A stretch of DNA of 64,000 nt from Klebsormidium nitens. Lineage: Eukaryota > Plantae > Klebsormidiophyceae. Position numbers and translations under genes: made by a program. The notes beneath the pieces were generated by a model, which did not search any database, was not told the origin of the DNA, and worked only from the letters and a program-made list of their open reading frames with translations. This document shows, one piece after another, positions 62,709 to 64,000 of this stretch. How positions within the stretch are numbered: position 1 is the stretch's first letter; each line of letters starts with the position of its first letter. The stretch spans positions 12,824 through 76,823 of the forward strand of contig DF237390.1 of assembly GCA_000708835.1 (NCBI GenBank). Direction: 5' to 3'.

Positions 62709-64000
62709 GGCATGCCAGATTGTAGGGATGGACTAGGCCTAGCAGATTTATGAATCTGGGACATCGGAGCTTTTTATGTACTCATTCCTCTGCAACAGAC
62801 TCAGCAAACTCTGCGCGTGCATTGGCCGTCCAACTCGATCTGCTCGATTGGAGCGTGAATAATCCCTCAAGAGACTTAAGAGTGATTGCGGCGCTCCGAT
62901 TTCCCATGCATGGGGCCCAAAATCCTGGATGAATTGTTGCCTAGCCTGATTGAATGTATTCGTGTCACTAGTGCACGTACTTCCCATGGGAGCCGGCATA
63001 GGAACTAGCTACAGGCGTTGCAACTGAGTCGAAACTATAGCCATGGCACATCGATCCGTCATGCTGGTATATATATGCTATGGAAGCTTATTATGCATCC
63101 TGGCATGATGCTATTTACCGCCGAGCATGATGTCGGTCGAGATCATCTTAACGTCACGCAGCTGAACGAACTGGTCGGATCAATGCGTGGAACACGATCT
63201 GAACGTGTAGAACACGCCAAGACGCGGCCAGTGTGAAAGCAACGCGATCCGACTTCTAGCATGTTGCGCAGCATATCCAAAAAGATGGCCACACATGGTT
63301 TCTGAATGTCAGACTCTCGGGATAAAACTTCTGCTTCAGCATGTGGAGCGTACGTTACATACGCGGTGGATGAAAGACACCTAACATGTGTTTCCCTAGA
63401 CCGGGCAGCGTGCTCGTCAGCTGAACGTGACATTGATGCATCAAGTCCTGGAAACAACGGTGAGGATCGCAAGCCGTGTCTTTCCAGATCTCTCAGGCTG
63501 GAAACTGTCAATCATGTCGCATCCAACCACGTCTGAAGTCAACTAGATCACTCAGAGCAGTGTTGCAAATAGTGCTCGACCATACCTTTTGCCTGAGTGT
63601 GTGTCTAGTTGCTGAAATGAGTTTCTCATTGTAGAAGCTAACGTTGGCATGGTAGCATAAAAAATCCACGTGCCAACCAGTCAATGCTCGTTGTAACTTG
63701 CCGAAGATGGTCGGCGATGGGACTGTCTCAGGCCAGAGCATCAGTCGCCGTACAACTTGTACGCTCCCAAGATGTTGCTGTTACAGATGGCGCACTTGCC
63801 TCGCTCCGCTCTCAAGTGCTCCGCGCAACGCCTGTCGACGGACAACAGTTGATTGAGAAGAGCGGACAGAACATGCTTCCTTACCAACGTGATTTCGCCC
63901 TAGTGTAACGATTACGACTGGTTAAGCCTAACCTCGTTCTCGACAGGATTTCGTTGACCACGAGTTAGCGAAACGGCGGTGGTTACGTCTTAACGACGCA

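Noticed and set aside
1-64000. tRNA, rRNA or snoRNA genes
   Set aside because: No cloverleaf or conserved rRNA segments were recognised by eye. tRNAscan-SE or Infernal would be needed to exclude them.

Overview
Eukaryotic, intron-rich, gene-dense nuclear DNA. It is probably from a streptophyte green alga such as Klebsormidium; this is inferred from gene content, plastid-type N-terminal extensions and splice-site style, not from a database match. Eleven protein-coding genes could be reconstructed by hand with phase-consistent exons: a YacP/NYN RNase (-, runs off the left edge), an LRR receptor-like protein (-), an enoyl-CoA hydratase (-), a MAPEG/MGST3 protein (+), a CMGC (DYRK/HIPK/CLK-like) kinase (+), a DUF676 hydrolase (-), an F-box/LRR protein (+), a CBM20-GH13 neopullulanase/cyclomaltodextrinase-like enzyme (-, 20 exons), a CHI-fold FAP3 protein (+), tRNA adenosine deaminase ADAT1/TAD1 (-) and a second F-box/LRR protein with a frameshift (+). 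No RNA genes, CRISPR arrays or recognisable transposase or RT ORFs were seen. The most striking unexplained structure is in the introns. In at least five genes they hold copies of [intron 3' end + AG acceptor + first 20-120 nt of the next exon], always upstream of the functional exon and often more decayed with distance. In the kinase they form arrays of up to 6-8 units with a 3-unit higher-order period. The differences between copies appear skewed toward synonymous codon positions.
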